Shown here: positions 48,975 to 63,440 of the stretch, in pieces
Layout: each line of letters begins with the position of its first letter
How positions within the stretch are numbered: position 1 is the first letter of the stretch
Source of the DNA: Catajapyx aquilonaris
Lineage: Eukaryota
Assembly (NCBI GenBank): GCA_000934665.2
Contig: JYFJ02001553.1
Span: forward strand, 1-64,000
Length of the DNA stretch: 64,000 nt
Direction of reading: 5' to 3'
Notes under the pieces: model-generated
What the model was told of the DNA's origin: nothing
What the model saw: only the letters and a program-made list of their open reading frames with translations
Database searches by the model: none
Translations under genes and position numbers: made by a program

Positions 48975-51900
48975 ATGGTTTGGATGGTTATCCTGGCAGG
49001 GCTGACCTCCACTGATGCTGTGAGTATGACCTTACTCATTTCGTACTCCGTATACTGACCATTGTTGATTGGTAGGAAGCGTGGAGATCGGCTAGGTTGT
49101 ATCGTCCCAGAAGCAGCCGGAGGTCACAGGGAGGTCAGCTGGATGGGGGCACCAGGCGACCTGTGGTGTACGTATGGGCCACATGGGAGCAGTGGTCATC
49201 CTGCAGCCGGACATGCTCCTCAGGGGTCAGGTCAAGAACCAGGGTTTGCCGTGTGGCCTATCCCAGGTAAGACCGGCCATCTTGGATATTAAAAACTACC
49301 TTTACATTTTATGCTGTCCATTATTTAAGTCCAAAATTAACTAGGGACGTTCACATATGGGCTATATGGCACCAAACCGACGCATTGTATGTGAAAAAAT
49401 GGCTATAACATAGTTTACGGCAACTGGCAGCCATCTTGGATCTTTTAAAATAGGGCGTAACTTTTGTGATGTCAATAATTTCGAGATGTAATTAAGAATC
49501 ATTAACGTGTAGCCTATGTGGCATCAAACAGACCCATTTTTGTGTGAAAACATTGCCTATAACATAGTTTACGCAAGACTGGCATCCATCTTGGATTTTG
49601 AAAATTGGCCCATAATTTTATGGCCGTCCACAATTTTTAAGATAAAATTAAGGGTCATTCACATACGACCTATATGGCACCAACCAGACCCTATTTGTAT
49701 GCAACAAAATCAGTTTCAACCTATTTTTTCGCTACCTTTTTGACACTCTGTAACCCTTAAGATACAACCTAATAAGCGTCTAAAGATAAGCCCTCTAGAT
49801 GTTGCCAACCACATATTTTCCTCTAAGGAATGAGTCAGTTGGCATCAAGCGTTTGTTTGCTGAAGGGGTTTGGAGGTTAATGGGCATTGTGACGTGAAGT
49901 GCAAACTTGACCTTTTTTTTTAAACCCCCTGCCATTCTTGTCACTCTTTTTTAGCTCTACCTTAATGGTGTCTGGGCGGAGACAAAAGTGCTAAAGTTGG
50001 ATATCTGTAATATCCACAGAGAGAGACGCAAGGGGGGACTTATGATAATAAACAGTGTGTCAGTGACGTTGAGTAATTGTTGCGTGGCACAGAACATCGC
50101 GTGACCACATGTCACTTTCTATAGAAAATGGGGCTATTGTTGTAAGTGCTGGGTGTGAGACATTTCGGAGTAAGTGCATGGCGTTTATGGGCACCGAGGT
50201 GCTAAGTACTGCGGACAGCAGTCATTATTGAGTTTGATTTATGGGCTTTGGTTATGATCTCAGCGGGATGGTAATTTCTGGAAGTTGGTCTTAACGGTAC
50301 GTGACTTGATTAATTGTTGGGTGTAACCAGTGTTTAGGTGTAGGAATTTATTATTGGGAAGAGGTGCCAGAATGTTTGTGAACATTTTATACATTGTTGC
50401 GAACCTGTTTAGTTATACACGAATTTTTTATTATGAACGCACTACAGTTCTGGCATCGTGCACAGTTGGAATTATTAATCATTTCTGGTATAAAGCTCTC
50501 TGTATATAGAGGATGTAGCCTACTGCGATGCACGTATTTCCAACGCTACGCTTCGGAAGGGGACCAAAATGGCTGACGTTTCCGAGGCTACGACGACTGG
50601 GAATTATCACCGTCACCATCATTAAATAATATTTGAATATTAATGTTTTATATAAAATTAATATTTTAAATGTAAAATATTAATATTTTTGTGTGAAATA
50701 TTAATATTTTATGTAAAATAATAATAGTAGTTAAAATATTCTGATTAAAAAACGGTTGTTGTTGCCTCCTAGGGAGTCATTGGCAACGTTGTTGTTGGAA
50801 AAATGGACCTGCGCCATCTTGGATTTTAAGAATTGGCCAATAATTTTAATTATGTCCGCAATTTCGAGATAATTATAATTAAGGGGCATTCATATTAGGC
50901 CTACGTGGCACCAAAGTGGCCAATTTTCGAGTTGAAAAATTGGCTTTAACAGGATTGTCGCAAGAGTGGCGGCCATCTTGGATTCTCAAAATTGGCCGTA
51001 ATTTTATTGCTGTCCACAATTTCGGGATTTAATTAAGGGAGCATTCATATACAAGCTATGTGACATTTGGTTGCGCTCATAGATTTTTTTTAAATCATTT
51101 TATAGACAGTTATTGAAGTGTTTATAATCAACACATTTGCGCCATTCTTAGGCTAATAATTAAGTACTGGCACAACTCACACTTCAAACCATTCTTGACA
51201 CAACAAAGGAAAAATCCCGACCGACACTTGTTTCGTGTCCCCTCTAGCAATGAATCACGTTTTTATTAGAATCATGCATCACGACAGGGTCCTGTTGACA
51301 CTTTCAAACTTCAAAGAAGAAAAAAAAAAACCGGGGGACCAGATTCCAGGGACGACATGAGTTATTACAGTTCGTGCAAGTACGACAAAAAAATATAAAT
51401 AAAAAAATGTGTATCTATGAGAGAGCTTGGCCAATTCATAATGGCTCCATTAGATAAGGAAGTGGGTTCGATATTTTTGCTTTTACGTCACGTCATTAAT
51501 CAAATGGAAAGAAAGCTAGGGGAGAATTCATTTAGGAAAATGGCTGCTGATATCTGAATATATAAGTTGCCAATTAAGGGTTGGAAATATTTGCAAAAAA
51601 AATTTCCCCCCTAGCTAATAATAGTTTAATTTTTTTTGTTGGAACTTCCTGGAGTCTCTCGATGGACAGTTTGACGGAGGCCAAGTTTGAAAATAGAAGG
51701 GTTAGAATCTGCCGCCATTTTTTACCAACTTCTATGGTCTAATTTGGCCTGACGGTATTTTTGCTAAGCAAAACATACACCCCAGGTTTAACCGTCTGTA
51801 TCATCAAAAGCTGTGATGTACCGATAGCTCGTTTCCGGACACAAAATATCACATGTTTCTTTGTCTTTAACTCCAGGGTGACAGCCGGTTCTGGTGTCAG

Positions 51901-54900
51901 GTCCACGTACCGGGCATGCTTGGGACAATCGGAAGAGTACGAGCTGTGCAACAATGCGAGTTGTCCCGAAGGTTCTGTGGACTACAGGCAGCAACAATGC
52001 TCCAATTTTGACATGAGAAAGATCTCTGGACAGTTTGTGGAGCACTGGGTGCCTCATCAGGGAGGTAAGTGGATGCCATCTTGATTTCGTGACGCGTCAC
52101 ATGCTGCCATTTTGAAATCATGACGCTATCTATAATATTAAAATCCTTGCGGGATTGGCCGAGCCCTCTGATTGGTCCGCCGCATATTGTTACCGCCACC
52201 TCCCCATTGGCCCGCGTTCTACTCATGCGCAATGGGGGTGTAAACAACTCCTGTTGGGTTGCCGGGGAAACTGTCCATTCCCCGGCGTATGGTGCGCCGA
52301 ATAGGTAGCCTACCGCAGGCGGGAGGCCTAGAAAAGAGCGAGCGAAGCGAGTATGGTTTGCGAGCGTTTTCCTAGTGGACTTTAAAAATCAGCCTAACAA
52401 AATGAATGTGTAAAAGTAAAAGCAGTAAAAGTAAAAACGATATCTTAAAAATTATTCATTAAATTAAATTAAACTAAAATTATTCATGAAATTAAATTAA
52501 ATTAAAATAATTCACTTTAGTTTAATTTAATTAAAACGCTAAATGAAGTGAAGTTTCTTCTTAAGATTAGATAACAATTTATTAAATTAAATTAAATAAA
52601 ATTTATTTAGTTCAGTTTAATTTAATTTACACGCTAAATGAAATGAAATTTATTTTTAAAATTAGATGAAAATGTATAAAATAAAATAAAATAACATTTA
52701 TTTAGTTTAGTTTAGTTTAATTTAATTTAAACGCTAAATGAAGTGAAGTTTCTTCTTAAAATTAGATAACAATTTATCAAATTAAATAAAGTTTTAAGTT
52801 AAATAAAATTATCTTGGTCACGTGTGGCATCAAAATCGGCCATATTGATTTCATGACGTCACAAATCGGCATTTTAAAAATCCTGACGTCACAGGCGTGT
52901 GATATCATAGGCGATAAATCCAACTATTTCATGTCTATCAATCATAGTAATTTATAATTTGCAATTTTTGTGCTATAGTAATTAGTGGCCACCTGCAATT
53001 TTGGCCACCTTGGGAGCCAGAATTATTAATTAATCCGGACTTATCGGACGTTATAATCTCCGGCAGCTCCTTGGTGGCACGACATAGACCACAAGTGGAA
53101 TTGTGTGTTGAAGAAGCTTCTATCTATCCATATACAGGAGGGCCAATCAAAGGGGAGGAGCCATTAGGAGAGGGCTGATTTATACCTGATGACCTGTATA
53201 CAAAGGGGTCATCGGTTAAGGGGAAAAAAATGAAGAGTTAATGAGGAGAAAGGGGATTTTGATTAGTGGGAGACAACGAAGCATAAGTTACGCACTTTTT
53301 GTTGCGTTGAACATACCAAAGTTGTATAGTAACAAAAACTTGGGCGGTTTTAAAGGTTTGAACTTTATGAGCCGATTACACCAAAAGTTTGACGGCCTGT
53401 TAAATCGCTGGGGTGTTCAAAGTTCCGAACTTTTTTATGGGTCCTATTGCGTCAAACTCTGTTATAGGTTTAGAAAAATCCGGTTGTAAAATCCATGGAG
53501 GCCTACAAAGTTTTATGGACCTATCGTTAAGTGTGTAAAACGGGACGGATTGTATCAGCACGTAAAATATGCAATAAAAATTCAAAATCTCTACGAAATG
53601 TACAATCCCGGACAAAATGGTATAGGCTGCTGGTAGCGCCACGAGCCGATACGGCAAAAGAGCCATCTGCTCGTAGCTGCTCTCGTCGCCAACAATCACG
53701 AAAAAATTATGCTTCGTTTAATTGCAATTTAATTGGAATGAGAATGCAATTAAATTAACAATGTAGTATAAAATTCATGAACATAATTAATCCAATTCAT
53801 GAACATAATTAATCCAATTTCATTAACATAATTAATGCATTTAAATCAGATTTTAATCAATATAAGCAAGGCATTTAAGTAATAAATTAATAGCTTTTAA
53901 TTAATGAAACGAAATATAAATTTTAATTAATGAAACAAAATATAAATTTTAATTAATGAAACGAAATATAAATTTTAAAATAAAACTGAAATAGCCTACA
54001 AATTTTAAATAATATAATATTACCGTAATTTTAAAAATTAAGATAATATAGATTTTAAAAAATTACATTACATTATAAAATAATATAAAAGATAACATAA
54101 TATAACATATAAAATTAAAATGACATCAAATTGTAAAAAATGAAAACAAAAAAATTAATATAAAAATTAAAACAAAATGCCGTACTCATTTAAGCTGGAA
54201 ATTCACAATAAAACTTTATAACTTTAGCATGCATAAAATTTTCGAAAATTAATTTTCAAAAATAAACAACAAAAATAATACGCAAATTAATATTAATAAA
54301 ATAAAAAATTACAATAACACAAATTAATATTAACAAAAAAATCAATAACTAATAAGTAAATGAAGGAAAATATATTAATAACATACTACTTATATATTAT
54401 TAAATAACAGTAATATTTTAATTGACAAGATTCGTCACTGCGCAATTTTCCTAGACACAACTAGACCTTTAGTCCTTCCCGACTGACTGTTCATCTCTGT
54501 TTTTATCTCCACATCTCCTCTGCTTCATTTTTACATAACGAGTTTTATAGGGGTGCTGCCCTCCCTCGTCAAAATGACAAGATAATGAGAAACGTCAACA
54601 CCCCCGTCGCCAACTGCTTAGATTGGTCTCGAGTCTCTGAGTGAGAAATATCACTATTATGGGCCTATTAGAGTCCCTCACACGCGCTGCAAATCAGGAG
54701 CCATAAAAAGGAGAGGCTGGGCAACAGCTAAAATAAATATAACTACTACTGTTGGAGCTATACATCTAATTGCTACTGGGGGTGGAGAAAAACCATCAGA
54801 TTTATGGGTTTGGTTTAAGACTGGATTTATGGGGTTGATGAAACGGGAGCAATAAATTATTGCTACTGATTGCACCACTCATCATCAGGGTGCAAGAATC

Positions 54901-57900
54901 TTCTATAATCTTATATACGTATAAAACAGAAAGTATCTCTGTTTGTTTGTTTGTCGGGGCTACCTAACCCACTTCCGGAGTCCTGAGAGTACCGAAACTT
55001 TGCATACGTGCGTCTCATTCATGGCAAAATTCGAAAACCGCACTTTTTTGAGTGTAAATGCCCAAAATGTCAGCCTTATTTCCCACCTGCCCAATGAGAA
55101 AAAGGCTACTCGAATCACGCTCATTTTTCTAGTTGTGTGCTGTGTTGGTATCACGGTAACTGTAGCGGTGAGTGTTTGCAGGTAGCGGCAACGAGTGTGA
55201 GCTGACATGCCGATCGGATCCGCACGAGTTGGTGTACAGTTTCGGGAAGACCAAGGACGGTACCAGGTGCGACCAACAGGACGGAGTGTGTGTCAACGGA
55301 CGATGCATGGTACGACACCTGTGTGTTTTATTTGTGGTCAGGTTAATACCGGTATCTTATATTCCAGCCTGTAGGATGCGATGGGTCAGTAGGGTCCAGG
55401 CTGAAGGTGGACATGTGCGGCGTGTGCGGTGGGCGTAACACCACCTGTCAGCGGTACTCCAGCGTGGTCTTCGCTGCAGAGGTACCTTCAGGGGACGAAC
55501 CGGCCACCTTGAAAAGGACGTTGGACAGACGGAGAACCGGTGGTAAGCAGCTACTTGCAACGACCCCTGAGAATAAGGCGCCATCGATGTGAGGGATATG
55601 GTACTACAGTACGGTTGTATATTACAGGACAGCTTGGATACAACTCGATTATACGCATACCATCCGGTGCAGCCCACATACGAGTGCACGACAACAGCAA
55701 GAACTACTTAGGTAAGGGTTCAAACGGACGTCGTTGGTCGTTGGTCGTTCGGTCGGTCGTTGTTCGACCCAAATGCAGGGGTCGGTCTTAACCTGGGGGT
55801 TGATCCTGACCACAACGACCAACGACGCCCGCGTGAATACGGGTTCACACGGACGTTGTCGTTGGTCGTTCGGTCGTTCGTTGTTCGACCCAAATTCAGG
55901 GGTCGGTCTTAACCTGGGGGTTGATCCTGACAACAACGACCAACGACGCCCGCGTGAATATGGGTTCACACGGACGTTGTCGTTGGTCGTTCGGTCGTTC
56001 GTTGTTCGACCCAAATTCAGGGGTCGTGGGGGTTGATCCTGACCACAACGACCAATGACGCCTGCGTGAATATGGGTTCACACGGGCGTTGTCGTTGGTC
56101 GTTCGGTCGTTCGGACTCGATCCAGATTCAAACGGGGTCGGTCTCAATAACATTTCTGGTTGGTCGATCCCAACCCCAACGACCATGTTCACACGGGCGT
56201 TGTCGTTGGTCGTTCGGTCGTCCGTTGCTTGACCATCACAGTGGGGTCGGTCTTAACCTGGGTGTTGATCCTAACCGCAACGACCGAACGACGCCCGCGT
56301 GAATTTGGGCTCACACGGGCGTTGTCGTTGGTCGTTCGGTCGTTCAGTCTTTCGGGTTGTTCGACCCGCATTCAAACGGGATAAGTCTAAACATAGCTGA
56401 TGTGTCGATCCGAACCCCAACGACCAACGAAGCATGGGTTCACACGGGCGTTGTCGGTCGGTCGTTGGTCGTTCGGACCCTAATTCAAACGGATTAGGCC
56501 TAAACATGCCTGATTAGTTGATCCGAACCAGAACGACACAACGACGCCACGTGTCAATAATTTATATGGGTTCACACGAGCGCTGTCGTTGGTCGTTCGG
56601 TAGTTTGGTCGCTCGGTCGTTCGTTGTTCGAGCCGTATTCAAACGGGGTCGGTCTAAACCTGGAGGTTGATCCGAACCTCAACGACCGAACGACCGAACG
56701 ACCAACGACGCCCGTGTGAACCCGATCATTTTCAGCCCTCGTGGACACCCGTAACAACTCCATCATCAACGGCAACTGGATCATCAACTGGCCTGGAGAA
56801 TTTCCGGTGGCAGGAACCAGTTTCGTGTACAACCGAATCGGAAAGGACCGTGAGTCCATGGTGGCCTCCGGACCCACCAATGAGGACCTGCAGGTCATGG
56901 TAGGTGGTGCATACAACAGGTCATAGGTCAAGCCTCTGACCTTGTGTACTTTCAGGTGTTACTACGAGACATGAACCCGACACCGGGTATCTACTACGAG
57001 TACTGGATGCCCCGGGGAGAGTCAGAGGTCACGGGGTCGCCTCAGCACAGGAGCAACCAGCTGCCAGGAGAAGGTCAAAGGCCATTCTGCCCCAGGAAGA
57101 AGTGCAGGAGGACAAGGAACAGACGGAAGCACTTTTGTCAGAGCCAATTTGGTGAGTTTTAACTGCACTTTACGCTAATTCCTAATCGGCTTATTCTCTC
57201 CGTCGGATGATTGCCACTTAGAGGCAGACCGGGTGCGCCATCTATGATTGAATAATTGTACTACGTGGTAAATCCAGCGCTGTCAGGTCGGACGAACATC
57301 AGACGGAGAGAAACAGCGTATTAGTGTATAGCCAAATTAAGGCAACGGGTTGACTGTAAATGTAATTATTATATAATCACAAAAAAAACGAAATTTAATG
57401 ACCGTCAAAATTTCGTGTTAGTTCCAAGTAAGGTCGGTAGAGGCGCTCAATCCGTGTGTTGTGCTGCCATCTCTTGTAGACTTGTGTCACTACTATAGTG
57501 TAATGTGCGATACGGTAGCATCTTGTCTGTCTGTCTGTGGACATATATGGGAGTTATTCAAACCGGTAGACAAGTGTTTTCTGTCCGTCACGCTTTGCCG
57601 GGAAATTATTTTTTGTAACACCCTGTACTTTCTTTTTTTTCACGCAGTACTGAGATGCCTGGTGACCGGGTATGACCGGATACACCGTGACACCCGGTAC
57701 GAGATACAAGTCATCCAGAGCTACAAGAATGTTCAGAGGCTTCAGCCCAGGGAGTTCCTGTGGTCTGAAGGACCTTGTCCTTGCCCCCGGATGACCTCAG
57801 GTCACGAGTACCTGGTGATGATCAAGAGCGACAATAATAGGGCCAACAATGAGCTGAGACTGGTTCTGGAGAGGGACAGTTTCGTCAGGAAGTACACACC

Positions 57901-57979
57901 TGACAATGCACGGAGGGTACTGAGGATACGAAGAGACGAGAAGAAATTCTGCAGAAAGTGGAAGACTAATTATAATTAA
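48975..57979 (+). CDS. ADAMTSL5: ADAMTS-like protein with TSP1, Cys-rich, spacer and C-terminal NTR/C345C domains (ADAMTSL5-like)
   Basis: Exons 48975-49019 (signal-peptide-like; true start may be upstream), 49076-49266 (WATWEQWSSCSRTC), 51877-52064, 55182-55309, 55368-55542 (VGCD..DMCGVCGG), 55628-55711, 56736-56899 (INGNW..AGT), 56956-57151, 57648-57979 (CPCP..GHEYLVM). All join in frame; no metalloprotease domain. Confidence 0.88.
49276..49740. repeat. ~155-bp tandem repeat in ADAMTSL intron (related copies at 50810-51060)
   Basis: Three units each starting GCCATCTTGGAT and containing CCTATATGGCACCAA..GAC. Confidence 0.75.
52129..52375 (+). mobile_element. Possible non-autonomous Helitron
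   Basis: A|TCTATAATATTAAAA 5' end and ...CCTAG|T 3' end, i.e. inserted between A and T with no target duplication. The subterminal hairpin is weak. Confidence 0.5.
55716..56723. repeat. ~120-bp palindromic units in tandem, filling an ADAMTSL intron
   Basis: GGGTTCACACGGGCGTTGTCGTTGGTCGTTCGGTCG...CGACCAACGACGCCCGCGTGAA repeated about 8 times. Confidence 0.9.
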
Positions 57980-58429
57980 AACAAAAAAGGTCATGTGGGA
58001 GTGATTCTATGTGCGTATTTATTAAAATGTGGTTTGTATACTGTGACCCCCCATTTGTATGATTCAAATGACCTGCTCTATTTGGGCTGACCTTTCGATG
58101 CATCCAGCTGGTCAGATCCAGTCCGATTGTCGTGCAGTGCGGACCTCTTCGGTGTGTTCATCGGTGTGAAAATGGCCCCAACGCATTGCCAGGTAATTAA
58201 TAGTGATTAACATTTCCAGCTTAAACCTGCATTTATCTGAAGTGATATATTTTGTGCATCAAGTGGGCCATCTTTTTGTAATGATGGCAAAATCTGAGTA
58301 CGGTATGTTGCAGTGACCAATACATGTACGTACTGTACATAATGTGTACGACGTGTAATTAGTGCAACACTACAAGGTGGCAAATTTGCCAGTTTGCACT
58401 ATTTTTTTATGTGCGTACTTATTGGTCTG

Positions 58430-59092
58430 TTAACTCGAAGGTCAAGGTCAAATTTGACATTTTATTACGTGTATTTGAAACGCAGTCATAGTGTTGGTCA
58501 TACTCAAGCTGCTTTAAAAATCCAGTAATTATTAAATGTGCTGCCCAGTTTTTAACTGATATTGATTAATATTGGCCCCTATACGCTTTATTTTCAATGG
58601 CACTTAAAATGAGGTCAGTATTTAAGTGAGATTCACGTAAAATTTGGTTGCTAATATTTACATCAAATTAAATGTCAGATGGGTCCAGTAAATGCGGATA
58701 ATGCGGTTTATATTTATAAATCCGGCATTGACATCAGTGTTATTACTACCTTATTATCAAATTGGGATTATTTGCGATTTAACTAATTCAACGCAAGTGT
58801 TCGTGAAATTTAAGTCCCAGAATTGATTACATTTACGTAACCCTGGCATTTAACGTGGATTTAATATTAGGCAATTAAAATTTGTCCGTTCTCCAGATTT
58901 TGCGTGAATCTCGCCTTATTTTCAGTGCCATTCAAATAAATTGTAGTTGGTCAATTAATGATCAATCATTAAAGTTTTTGGCGACATTTTAAATTTTTGG
59001 ACAGGTTGAGTTACCTTCTTGTAGAGTGGAATTATTGCGTGTCAAATTATGCATATTAAATGTATGATTTGACCTGACCTTTTTGGAGTTAA
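58430..59092. mobile_element. Old ~660-bp foldback/MITE-like element
   Basis: TTAACTC..AGGTCA.GGTCAAAT mirrors ATTTGACCTGACCT..GAGTTAA; inner TGGCACT.AAAAT mirrors ATTTT.AGTGCCA. Confidence 0.55.
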
Positions 59093-59889
59093 GGGTCCTT
59101 CAAGTGAGAACATTGGGAGGGAAAATGCGGTGATATAATTGGAGCATTTGACACCCTATATAATTTTGCAACCACATGTCGTACTATACAGATAAACTAT
59201 GTTACGTATACGTACGTGCACATGCTTAAATGTGGTCAAATGGTAGCACTTTTGATGGGGAATGCATCTCATTTTATTATTAGTGTCATATGTTGCGTAA
59301 TGCTTGTGTAATACATGTTGCTCTTTTTTTTCCAGTGCTCGGACAAAAATATCCTGCACGACCTTTCCATAACCAATGACACCCCATGTGATTAATTCAT
59401 CGTATGATTTCCCACATTTCATTTGTGACATATTGTTTTAACATAATGGCTATATTTCAAGCAAATTGAAAGGTAAAAAAGTTGGTAGCATATCAGTTCA
59501 GACTGATCCATATGCATTTTGATAACAGCTGACTTGAGTTACATTGATTGGATCCGCACTGTAATATTGCATTTGGCTTAATTAACTACAACTGCTCTTA
59601 TCCCCGTATTTAGCACTTAACTCTTGTATTTCAATTGGTTAATGGTTATATTTCAGGCAACTTGAGGGTAAGAACAGGTTGGTATCATTTCAGTTCTGAC
59701 TGATCACTGATGCATTTTGATAACAGCTGAGTTGCATCTAAGCAGGGTACATTGATTGGATCAAATTAGATCCACACTAATTGATGCATTTGACTTAATT
59801 AATAACTGCTCTTATCCCCGTACGATTTAGCACTCCACTATGGCACCTCCATTGTCACCCTAATTTGAAAGGTCGTCGTCCCACTTAAC

Positions 59890-60760
59890 TCTGACAACAC
59901 GTCGTCGTTATACTGTACTGTACAGGTACAGCTCCGTCGATATCACACTACTACACTATAAAACCCAGTCGTCTTCGTCGTACGTACTCGACTGTACAGA
60001 GTGTACAACCCCCTTGTGCTCATACCGGCTCATACAGTATACAGTATAGTAGGAGGGGGTTGTATGTACAGTCCCTTCGTACTAATATACTAACACAATC
60101 CAACACCGTCGTCCTCGACTGTACAGAGTGTACAACCCCCGTACTCATACAGTATACAGTATGGGCACGAGGGGTTGTATGTACAGTCAGTCCCCTCATA
60201 CCAGTCATACTGTAACACAATGCAACACCGTCGTCCTCGTCGTACTCTTGTTATATACAATATACAACTGGTACAATACAGTCATCACTCCAATCTGAAA
60301 CCTCGTCATTAACACTGCGGTCCTGAAACTCAGTCGTCGTCATACCGATACTGTGCAAATATACCCTACTATGGAACACCGTCCACGTCGTACTCGACTG
60401 TACATAGTGTACAACCCCCTCATACTCATACTGTACCACAATGAAACACCGCCGTCCTCGTCGTACTCGACGTCTCATATCTCGACTGTACATATGTGTA
60501 CAACCCCCTCGGACACATGTTGTCCAAAATGCAACACCGTCGTCCTCGTTGTATACTCGACTGTACATAGTGTACAACGCCCTCATACTCATACTGTACC
60601 ACAATGAAACACCGTCGTCCTCGTCGTACTAGACTGGACATAGTGTACAACATCCCACCCCCCACCCCGCCCTCACACATACTGTAGGCCTACTACAATG
60701 CAACTCCGTCCTATAGTCATACTCGACTGTTCAACACCGTCTTCATCGCTCTACAAATAT
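59890..60760. repeat. Degenerate tandem repeat
   Basis: CACCGTCGTCCTCGTCGTACTCGACTGTACA.AGTGTACAACCCCC..CATACTGTA repeated. Confidence 0.8.
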
Positions 60761-60859
60761 TTACTACGGGTACTACGATCACTCGATAACCACAGGTAAT
60801 CATCACCGTCAACTAGGACTCCCACCTTCAGCGACTTCGTCCCTTCGGACATCTCGCCA

Positions 60860-61310
60860 AGCACCGCCAGGAACGTCATCTGCTCGGACTACACGTCACC
60901 ACCAGCAGGAACCTCATCATCTCCTCGGACCACCGCCCGATTGCCCAAGGAGAGGTTCCTGGCGGTGGCCAGGAACCTCTCCTTGGGGTTTGGGCAATCC
61001 CATCTTCACAATCAACGTCACTGCCACCAGGAACCTCATCTCTTCGGACAACACGTCACCGCCAGGAACCTCATCACTTCGGACAACACGTCACCGCCAG
61101 GAATAACCGCATCTCTTCGGACAACACGTCACCGCCAGGAACCGCATCACTTCGGACAACACGTCACCGCCAGGAACCTCATCTCTTCGGACAACACGTC
61201 ACCGCCAGGAACCGCATCTCTTCGGACAACACGTCACCGCCAGGAACCTCATCATCTCCTCGGACCACCCGATTGCCCAAGGAGAGGTTCCAGGCGGTGG
61301 CCAGGAACAT
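60860..61310. repeat. ~34-bp GC-rich minisatellite
   Basis: CTTCGGACAACACGTCACCGCCAGGAACC repeated about 9 times, bracketed by two copies of GATTGCCCAAGGAGAGGTTCC.GGCGGTGGCCAGGAAC. Confidence 0.85.
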
Positions 61311-63119
61311 CAGCCACATGAGTCATCTTGGACACCATGTTGTCATCATACCCCATAGTCATCATCACCGTCAACATTGACAATTTGGTCCTCTCCAATA
61401 CTCAATAGCGAGGGAGGAGGGTGAGCGAGAGACGGTGATATTCCTCCTGAGATGACCTGAAAGATAATTATTTATATTAATACTGATCTTGTGGTTTTCA
61501 GGGTTATTCTGTGGTGGAAAAATCTGCTAACTGAACTAACCATAATAATTACATGTTGAATGCAAATAGTGTGGATCCATTTATCAGGAAAATTAGAATC
61601 AATTTTGAAAGTAATTTATAACTTCCAAGGGTTATATATGCAATGTTATTCCCCATTTTCTCTCACCCTCAATGTTGCCCTTTTGACATAACAACCATGA
61701 CCCTGATGACCCCATCTTCCATTGTAACCTCCAATAATGCCCTTTGACCTAATGTGACCCTGATGATGATGATGACCTAATGGGCCACCTGTGCGTGTGT
61801 GGGGTGTACGTTGGACCATCTTCATCACTGAAATGTCACTATCCAGAGATGCACCATCACATCATGCGGACCATCCTCTTCACCGAGATGTCACTATCCA
61901 GCAGAGATGTACCACCGCATCACGATGACTATCGCATCAAGGAGGACCATCCATCAGCAGAAGTGCATAAAAGTTGAAAGATGACAGCAATGTGCATAAC
62001 TCGTAGGGGCCGTAAAATAGTGTGTAAGGTCATGCATTAGGTCATATGAGATATGACCATAATGCAGCAGTGCCTTACGCGCTGGAACCATATACGAGCG
62101 TGTCATCGCATAGTGTCTTATCTTTCAACTTTAAACACGAGGTACCATATCAGCTCATCACCGTTCAGATGTCAGGAATTTTAAAGCAGTAATTTTGGCA
62201 GAAAAAAGAGTAAAATTTGGATTAAAAATTTCTTGCGCTGAAATAATTTTAAAATTTGAAATGATTTGAAAGAAAATTGCATTGATTTTTTTTGCTAGCT
62301 AGGTGTCAGTTGAGTAGCAGGTCTGTGATGGTGACCATTCACGCTGAAACTAAATTACGCATTACTTCCAATTCAATTTGCAATAGGCTGTAATTATAAC
62401 TATCAATAATTTCCAGTCAATTAAATCCACCATTTGCATATTTACAGTACCTTCAATCACCAATTACTTATTTTAATTTAAATTATTGAAACTGCTGATT
62501 CTTAATAATTCAGTTCAAGTGCTCTGAATAATTTCCTATTTATGTAATGTCAATTAAATTTAAACATTCATTAAATTCGGGTGTTTATGGTCACCATCAA
62601 ATCTCGGGATGCGATGTTTGTGTTTGTTTTTTGTGTCTTCCAGTGCGCAAGAGGATTGGTGAGCTTTTTGAAAAATGTTTCCTCTTCTTGAGAGAGTGAA
62701 AAAAAAAACCTGATTTCTTTGAATTAACGTACAACATCTTTCAGATGACACACTCTCACTTTTTAAATGTAATTATTGCCAGAAATTAATTTTTGCTACA
62801 TGAAGCCCTGCTTTAATCTTTTTGAATCCGGCACTATGATGAAATCTGGCTTTTCAGTTTTGAATTGAACAATGCCTTTATATGATTTGAATTATTGAAC
62901 GATGCATTTGTTTTGAATATAATTATTGAACAAGGCATTTAAATTTTGAACAGGCTCAGAAATGAATGTATATGGTGCCTTTAAACTTGCCTCAATTTTA
63001 ATACGGCTTTAACTCACTTGGGATAATTTTTGCTCACTAGCCTGATAATAATTTTGCATAAATTTTTCAAGTGTATTTATCTCCATCATGGTATTTTTCA
63101 TACACAAGGGTATTTTTCA

Positions 63120-63440
63120 TACACAAGGTATTTACAGTCTCTAAGGTATTTACAGTCTCTAAGGTATTTACACTCTCTAAGGTATTTACACTCTCTAAGG
63201 TATTTACACTCTGAGTCTAAGGTATTTACAGTCTCTAAGGTATTTACACTCTCTAAGGTATTTACACTCTCTAAGGTATTTACACTCTGAGTCTAAGGTA
63301 TTTACGGTCTCAAAGGTATTTACGGTCTCAAAGGTATATCTACAATATCTAAGGAACTTACGGTCTCTAAGGTATCTACAGTCTCAAAAGGTATATCTAC
63401 AGTCTCAAAAGGACAAAAGGTATCTACAGTCTCAAATACA
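63120..63440. repeat. 18-bp minisatellite
   Basis: CTCTAAGGTATTTACACT and variants, about 17 copies. Confidence 0.9.

Noticed and set aside
55649..56903. Cluster of overlapping ORFs in the ADAMTSL intron
   Set aside because: Produced by the stop-poor palindromic repeat; translations are repetitive in all frames.
60860..61310. CRISPR-like regular repeats (also 45310-45750 and 55716-56723)
   Set aside because: Intervening sequences are themselves repeated rather than unique spacers, there are no cas genes, and the context is eukaryotic.
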